A DNA stretch of 64,000 nucleotides, taken from contig CAKKNE010000005.1 in assembly GCA_918797485.1 (NCBI GenBank), positions 4,216,001-4,280,000 of the forward strand, read 5' to 3'. Shown piece by piece: positions 44,625 through 53,981 of the stretch. The notes beneath the pieces were generated by a model. The model did no database searches. It was not told where the DNA came from and saw only the letters and a list, made by a program, of their open reading frames with translations. A program made the translations under genes and the position numbers. How positions within the stretch are numbered: the stretch's first letter is position 1; the number at the start of each line of letters is the position of its first letter. This stretch comes from Pelagomonas calceolata (lineage: Eukaryota).

Positions 44625-46174
44625 ATGCGCGCATTGCTACTGCTCGGCACAGCCTCGGCAGCAGCAGCCCTCTCGAACGCCACGCTACACGCCATCGCCG
44701 CGGACGCTATTTGGCCGGAAGTAGCGACAGGATGCATTTTGAGAGCAGACTTCCTTAACCACGTAGTAGAACTAGAAACGAGCACGGGCGAGACGCGGAC
44801 GGTGCTCTCGAAGGAGAGCCCAATCCCACCGGTCATCCCGGGGCCGCCGCAGCTCTGTGCTCTCAAGAACGACCATGATAATGATGGAAAACAGAGGTCT
44901 GTGTTAACCATAGCTACTGATCTGAAGTATTTGAGACCGTGGTCGCATTTCCTGTGGAACAAGCTGTGCTACTGTAAGCGGGAGGGCCTGGATTTCTTAC
45001 TGTTTCTGGGCAACGTCGACACGGCCCACGCGCCGAATCCGAAATGCCTGTCCGGTAAAGCAGGAAACCACTGGATTAAGGCCGTCGCGATCCACGCTGC
45101 CTTATCTCGCGCGGGCCAGGACGAAGTTTTAGTGCTAGATACGGACGCCATCTTCCGCAGGGAGTCCTTCTCAAGGCACGGCCTGGCGTCCTGTTATTTC
45201 GGGGTCATGGAGGACGCCCAGGCTTCTGTGGCGGCCGGCGCCGAGCATTATCAAGTCTTCGTCAATGCCGCCGTGTTGCTCGTAAGAGAGACTCCGTGGA
45301 CGCGGGCTTTGTTAAGACTGTGGTGGCGCGACCGGTGCGGCGAGAAGGACCAGCTCATTCTGTGGCACTCGCTGCTGACGCTCTGGAATAAAGATTCAAA
45401 TCTGAACTACGACGGCGAATTGTTAGCTTATACATCTAGAGACTACAAGAACAAGAGCTCGACGTCTACATATAAACACGCTAGGCGGGTGGTCACGTTC
45501 TGTGTGGAAATCAACCAGTGCGACGGGTGCACAATTCTTCGCTAAGTCATTTCTCGGCGATGACGCGGCCGTCCTGGCTCGGTCGAGCGGCGAGGAACCG
45601 GCATCGCCACGCCATCGAGCAGGCGTCGCGTCGATGGCGTGGAGGTCCGCGCGACGATTCAGCACGAACGTGCCGTAAAATTTTGATTTCCACACAGGTC
45701 ACGTTCGACTACGCGCGGCAATTGCGGCCCGCGCACTTCGTGAAGTCGCCGGTGGCGCGTTCGTGGCCGGCGTCCTACTTGAGAGTGTTCCACGCCGTCG
45801 CCGCGACTCGGTGACGGCGCGGCGGCCTCGGTGCGTCGCGATTGTCCCTATTCCGCACAGGTGCCCACCCGATCTACCACCTCGCAGCCGACAGTCTATT
45901 AGATTTCCCGGACTTCGCGCTCCTGCCGCAGACGGCGCTGCCGCCTCCGAAACGGTGCCCTGGGCCCGGGCTGCCGTCCTTGCGGAGCAACGCCGCTCGG
46001 CGGAAGAAGGGCGCGCGCGGCGCCGGGCCGGCGTCGTTCCTCGCGCACACGAAGAACCGGCCGGCCTTCGACTGCTGTCCTGCTGGTAACGTCGACGCGG
46101 CCGCGCCGTGCGTCGCCGTGAACCTCGAGCGGTCGACGCACCGCAAGGGCGAGTCGACGCCGCACCGTCGTTAG
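44625..46174 (+). CDS. Glycosyltransferase, GT34 (GMA12/MNN10)-like, 3 exons (44625-45491, 45698-45758, 45861-46174), ~413 aa
   Basis: Signal peptide, NKLCYC, HWIK, VLVLDTDAIF (DxD), VNAAVLLVR.T.W, DQ. Confidence 0.8.
45492..45705 (+). mobile_element. Intact introner: non-autonomous TIR element 45500-45697 with 8-bp TSD, spliced as intron 45492-45697
   Basis: TSD GTCACGTT at 45492-45499 and 45698-45705. Perfect TIRs CTGTGTGGAAATCAA and TTGATTTCCACACAG. Internal hairpin ACGCCATCGA...TCGATGGCGT. Confidence 0.95.
45759..45860 (+). other. GT-AG intron, 102 nt (probably old introner)
   Basis: GTTCGTGG...CCTATTCCGCACAG|GT. The spliced junction VAR|AHPIYHL matches the uninterrupted paralogous copy at 48463. 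Confidence 0.75.
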
Positions 46175-46277
46175 CTCTACTGTAACACTGTTATTTATTT
46201 ATTTTATTTATTTATGTTGACAAGCTTAGAAAGAGACAAGAGCGGGGGAAGGGGAGAAGGAGGCGTCGGAAGCACGT

Positions 46278-47993
46278 CTACTCGAGCTCGTCCAGCGGCT
46301 CGACGCGGGGCCGCTTCGGCGGCGACGGCGAGTTGCTCAGGTCGAGGGGGTCCGCGCTGGAGCCGGAGCCGGCGAGGACGAGCTTCGCCGTCGGCGGCGC
46401 GGCGCCGAAGTAGCGCGAGAGCGGCACGGGCGGCGGCGTGACCTTGGCCTTCCGCTTCCCGCTTCGGGATTTTTTCGGCTTCATCTTGGCGCCGGGCCAC
46501 TCGGTCGCCGGCGCGTCGTACTTGCGGTTCGCCTCGCTCGCGTTGTACCAAATCACGTGGCCCTCTTCCAGCGCCGGCCGCGTCGCCGTGTCGTCGCCGA
46601 GCAGATACGCGTCGACCTCGTTCCAGCGCGCGCGCAGGGCCTTCAAACCCTCGGTGGCGACCATGCCCATGATTTGTAGCGTCGCGACCGGGTCAGAGAC
46701 GTGGGCCTCGCTCTCCAAACACTTCTCCGCGGCCGCGTGCTGGTAGGGGGTGACGAACGGGTCCTTGACGACCGCATCATAATCGCAATTGACCATCTGC
46801 CCCATCATGGGCATGTTGGTCGCGATCGGGCACGGCGCCTTGGTGGACCTGTTCCGGTGCTGGCCCTGCGAGTTCATGCCCAGCGCGACGGACAGGACGG
46901 CGTGGAAGTTGCGGTAGCGCTCGGCGAGCCCGAGGTGGTCCAGCAAATCCTTTTCCGGGAACGAGCCGAAGGACCAAATGCGCTTGTCGTCGTGGCCGGG
47001 CGTCTTCATGAGCTCGCGGACGCGCGGCTCGCCGAAGGGCTTCGCCTGGCCCTCGTTCAGGATCACCTCGACGTCGCCCTTGCCGAGGTCCGGTCGCAGC
47101 CGCCCGACGACGGCGCCGAGCTGGTTCGCCTCATACGCGACCACTAGCCCCTTGGGCTGGTTCTCCGCGCGCATCCGCTTCGTCAGACTCCACTGATCGG
47201 CCCGCTCGATGTCGAAGGACAGTACGTCCTCGCCGCGGATCTTGGCCGCCAGCAGCTCCCTGTAGTGCGCCTTCGCGGCGGCCTGGGGATCGGTGTCCTC
47301 GGGGAGCGGTAAGATCGTCTTGAGGATGTCCGAGTGGCCGAAGACGACCTCGAACAGCCTCTTGACGCGATCGTAGCCCGGGTCCACGCCCTTCATGATC
47401 GTCTTGAGGAGCGGCGGCGGCGTGGACGCATGACTCCGCTCATGGCCCCCCTTGCCCGACCTCCCCGACGCGCCCGACTTGCTCTTACGGACGCCGCCAA
47501 AGACGGGCTGCCCTAGAAACAGCTCCGGGAAGAGGTTGTAGTTGTCGCAGGTCGTCGCCACGCCGTACCTAGATACGCCGTCCCCCTTCCGAGGGTGTGT
47601 TCCCGACACACGTGCACGACAGTCCTCCACCCAGCCCGCGGGATAATCCTCGCCCGTGCGTATTCCGACGCGGTTCTTGCATTCGCACGCGGTATGGCGG
47701 CCCTGCACGCAGTCCGCGGAGGAATGAAGCCCGGCGATTCCGGCGCCTGCGGCTAGTAGAAACTGGATCAACTTCTCCGACGAGCCGCCCGAGGCCTCGT
47801 CACCAAAGATGATGGGTCTGATGGACGCCAACCGAGAACAGCCGGCGTCGATGTCGAGCGTCGACGCCGCGGCGTCGACGACGCGGTAGGATGCGGTGTC
47901 GGCGCCGCGGCTGACGAAGAGCGCCTTCACGCTCGAGCCGAGCGGCGCGGCGGCGCGCCCGCGCGCCCGCGCGGCGAGTCGCCGTAGCAGCAT
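46278..47993 (-). CDS. Hypothetical protein, possible DEDD/DnaQ-like 3'-5' exonuclease with organellar presequence
   Basis: 571-aa intronless ORF. Arg/Ala-rich N-terminus, VLSFDIE (Exo I-like), IWSFGSFPEKDLL (Exo II-like), AHVSDPVATLQI (Exo III-like). Confidence 0.55.
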   Translation of the reverse strand: MLLRRLAARARGRAAAPLGSSVKALFVSRGADTASYRVVDAAASTLDIDAGCSRLASIRPIIFGDEASGGSSEKLIQFLLAAGAGIAGLHSSADCVQGRHTACECKNRVGIRTGEDYPAGWVEDCRARVSGTHPRKGDGVSRYGVATTCDNYNLFPELFLGQPVFGGVRKSKSGASGRSGKGGHERSHASTPPPLLKTIMKGVDPGYDRVKRLFEVVFGHSDILKTILPLPEDTDPQAAAKAHYRELLAAKIRGEDVLSFDIERADQWSLTKRMRAENQPKGLVVAYEANQLGAVVGRLRPDLGKGDVEVILNEGQAKPFGEPRVRELMKTPGHDDKRIWSFGSFPEKDLLDHLGLAERYRNFHAVLSVALGMNSQGQHRNRSTKAPCPIATNMPMMGQMVNCDYDAVVKDPFVTPYQHAAAEKCLESEAHVSDPVATLQIMGMVATEGLKALRARWNEVDAYLLGDDTATRPALEEGHVIWYNASEANRKYDAPATEWPGAKMKPKKSRSGKRKAKVTPPPVPLSRYFGAAPPTAKLVLAGSGSSADPLDLSNSPSPPKRPRVEPLDELE

Positions 47994-48462
47994 GCCGCGC
48001 GCTGCGTGAAATAGCCATGGTTAAAGGTGATGATGAAAATCCAAGTTTTGTGGCGGCGGAGCTGCGTCTTTTGTGGCGCGCGGCGGTCTCGCAGCGTGGC
48101 GCTGCCGTCTCGCGCCACTGCCAGCGCTACATCACGCTAGCGTTTGTGTGAGGCGAGCGGCGGTCGAGGGACGGCAGTCGATTGCGATGCGCCGCGAGGG
48201 CCAATGAAGACGAGATTTCGAGGTGACGCTTATGACGCTGCAGGCGCACTGTGGGTCTGATCTTAGCCTCGGCGGGCTCGGAGATCTCCCGGTTGTGGCG
48301 TTCTTTGAGAAGCAAACTGCCACAAAAGGGCACAGCACCATGCAGGCAACATCGGCCCAGGGAGGATACGTATGCGCCGGGATTGAGAGGCCTATCGAGT
48401 CTTCGAGCACTCCGCCCTACTCCTAGCAGAGTCGTAGCGAGGGGCGACGCCACACTAGCTAT

Positions 48463-48780
48463 GTCGCGCGCGCGCACCCGATCTACCACCTCGCGGCCGA
48501 CCGTTTACTAGACTTCCCCGACTTCGCGCTCCTGCCGCAGACGGCGCTGCCTTCTCCGAAACGGTGCCCTGGGCCCGAGCTGCCGTCCTTGCGAAGCAAC
48601 GCCGCGCGGCGGAAGAAGGGCGCGCGCGGCGCCGGGCCGGCGTCGTTCCTCGCGCACACGAAGAACCGGCCGGCCTTCGACTGCTGCCCTGCTGGTAACG
48701 TCGACGCGGGCGCGCCGTGCGTCGCCGTGAACCTCGAGCGGTCGACGCACCGCAAGGGCGAGTCGACGCCGCACCGTTAA
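48463..48780 (+). pseudogene. Orphan duplicate of the GT34 gene's last exon
   Basis: Near-identical to 45861-46174 and open to its own TAA. In-frame TAG at 48424 upstream and no start codon. Confidence 0.75.
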
Positions 48781-48796
48781 CTGTCACATTGTTATT

Positions 48797-49693
48797 CTAA
48801 CTAGACGACGACGACGAACGGGAGCGTTTCTTCTTTTTCTTCGACCTCTTCTTCGACTTCTTCTCGTGCTTGCGCTTCTTCGGGATGCGGTCGGCGTCGC
48901 GAGGCGGCGGCACCGGCACCGGCGCCGACGCGACGACGGCAGGTCGGGGTGCGCGCGGCGCCGCGGCGCGCACGGCGACGGCGTCCACCCGGGGCGCCAC
49001 GGCGGGGGCCGGCGCCGGCGCCGCGGGTTGTACGACCGCGCGCGCGGCGGCCAGCAGCGCGTCGTCGCCGTCGCGCGGCCCGCCGTAGCGTCGCGCGGCG
49101 GCGACGTCACTCGCGACGCCCTCGGCGAGCTGGTGCGGCTTCGCCGTGACGCCTTCGAGCAGCCCGACCCGCGCGCGAGCTCTCCCTCGGTACGCGTCGC
49201 CGTTCGTCGCGTCGAGGGCGATGGCGTCTCCAAACCTCCGCACGGCGTCGGCCCAGCGGCCGTGTGTGAGGTCATCCTCCGCGCGCGCCGCGCGCTGCCG
49301 CGACCACCTTTGATTTTGAAGCGCGCGCGCGGTGTCGTAGTAGTCCTCCGTTGGGATGTCCAGCTCGCCCTCAAAAAGAACGTGCGACCGCCGCGCGTCC
49401 AGCCCGCCCAGCGCCGCGCACTGGCGCGCGAAGGCGCCGGGCGCCGCCTGGCGCCGGTCTCGTAGTAGTGCATCTAAGGCCTTGGCGCCGGCGTCACTCG
49501 CAAAGCCGCCGGGCGGCTCGGGAGCCTTGGCGTGGAGCCGCGTCCAGCTCGCGAAGCAACTTGAGGATGTGTCCGGCGGATTGGGAGGAGGCGGCACGAG
49601 GTCCGCATCCAGCAGAAACGGTCGCAGCCGCCGTACTCTTGCGCGCCAGTCGGCGTCGTCCTCGACCTCGCCGTCCGAGGCGTCGTCGGCCAT
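48797..49693 (-). CDS. TPR-containing protein with Lys/Ser-rich tail
   Basis: GRWADAVRRFGDAIALDATNGDAYRGRARA (TPR), C-terminal KKRKHEKKSKKRSKKKKKRSRSSSS. Confidence 0.75.
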   Translation of the reverse strand: MADDASDGEVEDDADWRARVRRLRPFLLDADLVPPPPNPPDTSSSCFASWTRLHAKAPEPPGGFASDAGAKALDALLRDRRQAAPGAFARQCAALGGLDARRSHVLFEGELDIPTEDYYDTARALQNQRWSRQRAARAEDDLTHGRWADAVRRFGDAIALDATNGDAYRGRARARVGLLEGVTAKPHQLAEGVASDVAAARRYGGPRDGDDALLAAARAVVQPAAPAPAPAVAPRVDAVAVRAAAPRAPRPAVVASAPVPVPPPRDADRIPKKRKHEKKSKKRSKKKKKRSRSSSSSS

Positions 49694-49940
49694 TGCGATT
49701 TTGTTATCGTGTGCGGTTTGTGCAGCCGCGTTTGCCAGCAATGCTTGCTTGCTTCGCCGCTGTCCTGCTGCGCGACGCGCTGGGAGGCGCTGCTGCTCGC
49801 AGTGGGTTTTTGGCTTTTTGCGCTTCTTTTGCCAACACTATTCTGTCGTACGTTTTCGTGAGGTTAATAATCGATGCGTGCGCGCACGCGTACGCGCGTA
49901 ATAGCTTCACGCAGCCAGCAAGACGACCGCGCAGCTGTAC

Positions 49941-49964
49941 GCTAGTGTCTTACATGCCGCTAGC
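49941..49964 (+). promoter_or_regulatory. Conserved intergenic motif copy 8
   Basis: GCTAGTGTCTTACATGCCGCTAGC between divergent genes. Confidence 0.75.
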
Positions 49965-50163
49965 TGACCCACCACTCGACCAAAAAGCCGCGTAGAGCTG
50001 CATCACCGCGGTCGCTGCGCATCGAACACGGGCAGCACAGCTGCCACATCGCGTGGTCGCAGCGCCAGCCGTTCCGCGCATTCCTGCGGCATCAAAAAAC
50101 GCAGCATAGCAGCCTGCCAACATTATTGCCCTCACGACCGCAAAGGTCGCCGGCGAGCGCAGC

Positions 50164-52332
50164 ATGGCTGAGGACGCTGAAACCGTCAGCGAGCTCCTCG
50201 CCGCGTGGGCCGCGACAAAACCGGACGCGCCTCTGTTTTCGTGGCTCGAGGACAAGAACCAGAGCGTGAAGGCGACGCTCTCATTAACTTATGGTGACGT
50301 CGAGAAGGCCGCCGCACGGACGGCACACAAGCTGCGACACAAGGAAGGTGTGAAAGAAGGCGCCCGCTGCCTCCTGGTCTACGAGCCGGGCCTGGCGTAT
50401 ATAGTTGCGTTCCTGGGGGTGTCGCGGGCTGGAGGAATACCAGTACCGGTCTTCCCCCCGGAACCAAGGAGAAGGAAGACGAGCGAGTTGCATGCCTTCT
50501 GCCAAATTGCCGAGAGTTGCGGCGCGGCCTTCGCTCTTACATCTTCTTTATATGATTTCGCGAAGAAGACAACTGCTTTATCGAAGTTGGTCGCGGGCGG
50601 CGACGCGACGTGGCCGTCGTCCCTCAAGTGGGTCGTATGTGATATTGACAAGTCTACGCCTGGCTTGGCAGCGGCGCCCGCGTCGCAGGAAGTGGCCTTC
50701 CTGCAGTTCACGTCGGGATCCACGAGCGCTCCGAAGGGCGTCGTGATCACGCATTCTTCCCTAAAGCACAACCTCGACCTCATCGTCGACGACCTGAAAG
50801 CTGATGAGACAACAATCAACGTCAGCTGGCTGCCCCAGTACCACGACATGGGTTTGATAGGAAGCTACCTGGGCACGCTGCGGTGCGGCGGCCGCGGCTA
50901 CTACGCGTCCCCGCTCAAATTTGTGGCTCGGCCCGCGTCGTGGTTGGAAGCTATATCGCAGGTCCGGGGCACGCACACGCAGGCGCCGAATTTTGCGTAT
51001 GCCCTCGTGACGCGGAAGCCGCCCTCGCAAACCTTGGATCTGTCCTGCCTTAAACATGCGATCAACGCGGCCGAGCCCGTCGACGCGGCGGTAATCGACG
51101 CCTTCGAGCGCTTCTTTGGCGAGAAGCATGCACTGAGGAAAGGTGTCGTCTTCCCGACCTACGGCCTCGCGGAGAGCACGGTTTTGGTGTGTGGCAATGG
51201 TGTTATGAGGTGCAGGATAGATGCGGACGCGCTGCGGGAGCGGCGCTGCGTTTCTTCTGAAGAGGGCGTCGCGCTCGTGGGGTGCGGCGCGCCGCGTTCC
51301 GATCGCGGCGTCTCCATCAAGATCGTGCGGATTGATGACGACGATCAAGGCACAGCGACTCTGGGTGAGAATGAGGTCGGCGAGATCTGGGTCCGATCGC
51401 CAAGCGTGGCCCGGGGCTACTGGGGCGTGGAAGATCCTAGTTTCGGCGCGTCCATCGACGGTGAGAGCGGCTTCCTGCGGACGGGCGACGAGGGCTTCTT
51501 TCGCGAGGGTGAGTTGTATGTGTGCGGCCGCCGCAAGGACCTTATCATACTAAGAGGCAAGAACCACTACCCCCAGGATTTAGAGCGGTGCGCCGAGCGG
51601 GCCGCGCCTCAATTAAAACCCGGCTGCGTCGCCGCGTTCTCCGTCGATGACAAAGGCGAGGAACGACTCGTGGTGATCGGCGAGGTCCGCGACGACGCTA
51701 GTACAAGAAAGAAGCGTTCCCAGGACGGCGCCTACGCGGCGCTTTGTGAACAAGTCGCTTCCAGTATAGCACACGAGCACGGGGCTTCGGTGGACACGCT
51801 GTGCATTGTCGCCCCGCGGACGGTCCCGAAGACGACGTCGGGCAAGATCGCTAGGCGTCGGTGTCGCGACGCGTTCCTCGCTGACAAGCTGGACGTGGCG
51901 TATCGAAGTTCTGATGGTCCTACGACGGCGGTCGTCGCGGAGCAGCCCACTTCGAGTTATGAGCACAGTGGAGTGGTTGCGGACGTCGCGCGCGCGCTCG
52001 GGAAGGTATCTAGAAGGGACGCATCATCATTGCCGTCGAAGCGACCCCTGGCGGATTTGGGTGTCGACTCGCTCGACCTGGCTCAATTCAAGGGCGTCCT
52101 GGAGGGCGAGTTTGGATTACAAGGGCTGCCGGACGATTTGTTATTTCGGGACGACTGCACGTTAGCAGCTCTTGGTGCTTTAGTTGAACGTGGCGGGGCG
52201 TTCACGGAGGAGGCCTACGCGCGCTGTGTGCGCGACTTGGACGTCGAGGGCGGCGGCGCGAAGAAGAAGGGGGACTGGGTCGTGGAGAACTGCGCGTGTT
52301 GTCTGGTTTGCTGCCCGGGTAAGTTAAGGTAG
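50164..52332 (+). CDS. Fatty acyl-AMP ligase (FAAL) fused to an acyl carrier protein domain
   Basis: AFLQFTSGSTSAPKGV, SWLPQYHDMGLIG, YGLAE, LRTGDEGF, GRRKDLII.RGKNHYPQDLE, PKTTSGK. ACP motif LGVDSL. Cys-rich C-terminus. Confidence 0.9.
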   Translation: MAEDAETVSELLAAWAATKPDAPLFSWLEDKNQSVKATLSLTYGDVEKAAARTAHKLRHKEGVKEGARCLLVYEPGLAYIVAFLGVSRAGGIPVPVFPPEPRRRKTSELHAFCQIAESCGAAFALTSSLYDFAKKTTALSKLVAGGDATWPSSLKWVVCDIDKSTPGLAAAPASQEVAFLQFTSGSTSAPKGVVITHSSLKHNLDLIVDDLKADETTINVSWLPQYHDMGLIGSYLGTLRCGGRGYYASPLKFVARPASWLEAISQVRGTHTQAPNFAYALVTRKPPSQTLDLSCLKHAINAAEPVDAAVIDAFERFFGEKHALRKGVVFPTYGLAESTVLVCGNGVMRCRIDADALRERRCVSSEEGVALVGCGAPRSDRGVSIKIVRIDDDDQGTATLGENEVGEIWVRSPSVARGYWGVEDPSFGASIDGESGFLRTGDEGFFREGELYVCGRRKDLIILRGKNHYPQDLERCAERAAPQLKPGCVAAFSVDDKGEERLVVIGEVRDDASTRKKRSQDGAYAALCEQVASSIAHEHGASVDTLCIVAPRTVPKTTSGKIARRRCRDAFLADKLDVAYRSSDGPTTAVVAEQPTSSYEHSGVVADVARALGKVSRRDASSLPSKRPLADLGVDSLDLAQFKGVLEGEFGLQGLPDDLLFRDDCTLAALGALVERGGAFTEEAYARCVRDLDVEGGGAKKKGDWVVENCACCLVCCPGKLR

Positions 52333-52361
52333 TGGCCCCGTTCTTTGTTTGTACTTCTGTT

Positions 52362-52383
52362 CGGTGCTAGGACTAGTGGGCGG
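52362..52383 (+). repeat. 22-bp 3'-flank motif copy B
   Basis: CGGTGCTAGGACTAGTGGGCGG about 30 nt after the FAAL stop. Confidence 0.6.
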
Positions 52384-52388
52384 CGCCC

Positions 52389-52472
52389 CTGGGGGGGGAA
52401 CTCACGTGCACGCCATCGACGCGACGAGTAGTGCAAACAGGTTCTTTTTAGGGCTCGGCCTAGGCGGGGTAC
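52389..52472 (-). mobile_element. Probable terminal/3'UTR intron, introner remnant
   Basis: Carries CGCGTCGATGGCGTG and ends TTCCCCCCCCAG. A donor at 52472 would change the end of the DUF2358 protein to QMGAAH*. Donor position is uncertain. Confidence 0.45.
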
Positions 52473-53158
52473 ATCTGGCCCGGCCCGCCGGCGACGAGCT
52501 CCTGGAGCCGCTCCCATGCCGTCTCGGGCGACCGCCGCTTGCCGTTTATCTCGACGCGGTCGACCTCGTGGGCCTCGACGAAGCCCCGGTCGTCCAGGGA
52601 GTAGTAGGACACGGCGTCGATCTGAATCGGCTTTTTGGCCATGGAAGTTCTCCACGTCGAGTACCAGCAGATCACGATGCGCCCGTTCGCGTCGTCGACG
52701 CGGAGTCGGTGGCGCACGCTGACGTCGTCGACCATCAACGAGCGAAACAAGCGCACGAGCTGGAAGAAGCGCTTGTAGTTCGCCAATCCTCGAGCTCGGA
52801 CGCCCGTGGGGTCCGCAAGCTGGATCTGCTCGCTGTAGATGCTCCAGTCGAGCTCGGCGTCGGCGAAGCGCGTCGCGTCGGCGTTGAGCGCGTCGATGGC
52901 TTTGCCTCGGTTCAGCTCGTACTCCGTCGGCGGCCGCCGGTTCGTGCCCTCGATCTGGAGCGCGTCGTAGCGCTGCCTTGTGAGGCGCGCGGATTGGAGG
53001 AGGCGCAGTGGTCGCAGCTTTGGCGCCAGCGCGCGCGTGGGCGGCGCGTTTGTTGTCGGGATCCGGCTAGGTAGCACTTTCAGGCCATGCGTGACGGCGG
53101 CGAGCAGGACAAAGCCTGGGCGTCGTCGCCAGTGTATGTAGGCTACCTGAGAAGGCAT
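52460..53158 (-). CDS. DUF2358 / NTF2-like (SnoaL-type) protein, probably plastid-targeted
   Basis: DWSIYSEQIQLADP...GLANYK..F, SYYSLDDRGFVEAHEVD. Confidence 0.75.
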   Translation of the reverse strand: MPSQVAYIHWRRRPGFVLLAAVTHGLKVLPSRIPTTNAPPTRALAPKLRPLRLLQSARLTRQRYDALQIEGTNRRPPTEYELNRGKAIDALNADATRFADAELDWSIYSEQIQLADPTGVRARGLANYKRFFQLVRLFRSLMVDDVSVRHRLRVDDANGRIVICWYSTWRTSMAKKPIQIDAVSYYSLDDRGFVEAHEVDRVEINGKRRSPETAWERLQELVAGGPGQMYPA

Positions 53159-53227
53159 GGGAGCGCCGGTTTGAGCTACTATGAGCCCACCGCGGCCAGA
53201 AATCTGAGCTTCTATAACTCCGTCTTT

Positions 53228-53248
53228 CTAGCGGCCTAAGACACTAGC
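53228..53248 (-). promoter_or_regulatory. Conserved intergenic motif copy 9 (short spacer)
   Basis: + strand CTAGCGGCCTAAGACACTAGC upstream of the DUF2358 gene. Confidence 0.65.
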
Positions 53249-53380
53249 GTTCGCGGCCAGTTTCACCGAGGTGGACACGGACGAAGGTCCATGCGTCCCC
53301 CGCCTTCAATCACCGTATCATTTTACATTCTAGTTACACAATTTCGCGCGGCCGAACGAATAACGTTCCGTATCGTCTGT

Positions 53381-53719
53381 TCAGTATGTGCCGGGGTATT
53401 TGTACGGGTCCGTTCCCACGGGTGGCTGCTCAGGCCCCTGGGCCTGGTCCCGCTCGTCTTCCACGGGAATGGGGATCGGCACCGGCGCCGGGCCGAGCAG
53501 GCCGTCCGCCACCCGGCCGAGTCCTCCGAGGAGCCCGCCGACTAGATCCGCCAGCTCTTCCAGCGGCTCTGGTTCTCCGACGTAGATCTTGCCGGTGATG
53601 GGGTCGCGTCGTGTGCTCGAAAGCGCAGTCGGTGCGACAGCTGGCCTCCTGGCTATGCTCGATTGCGCGCTAAACGCGCCGACAGCAGCTGCGCTTGCGA
53701 GGGTGGCGAGTACTTTCAT
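53381..53719 (-). CDS. Small hypothetical plastid-targeted protein
   Basis: MKVLATLASAAAVGA|FSAQSS: signal peptide plus ASAF-type motif, then P.PVPIPIPVED. Confidence 0.7.
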   Translation of the reverse strand: MKVLATLASAAAVGAFSAQSSIARRPAVAPTALSSTRRDPITGKIYVGEPEPLEELADLVGGLLGGLGRVADGLLGPAPVPIPIPVEDERDQAQGPEQPPVGTDPYKYPGTY

Positions 53720-53981
53720 ATTGGAGACTTTAAGCTTGATTTCTAGCTTCGCGCCGCGTTTTTCGATGAGCGTGGCGCGCCGAATAAAAACACGCGCTGC
53801 TTGAGATTTTTGCGCGTGGCCGGTCGGCCAATCACCCCTCCACAGGCAGCAAGAGCACTGAACTACCCCTCTCATACCGATATACCGGAAGAAACCGGGC
53901 CCAAATCGACTTTAGCCCGAGTCCCGCGTCCATACATCGTCCAATCGGACCGATCCCTATAGAAAACACGAAGCAAGCGCC

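Noticed and set aside
47859..47880. Perfect 22-bp palindrome CGTCGACGCCGCGGCGTCGACG
   Set aside because: Lies inside a CDS and is made of the most common CG-rich words in this DNA, so it is probably chance.
48434..48459. Possible 13th promoter-motif copy (TAGCG...CACACTAGC), and CTAG clusters at about 11210-11390 and 39908-39930
   Set aside because: They lack the TGTCTTAC/GTAAGACA core and have the wrong spacing.
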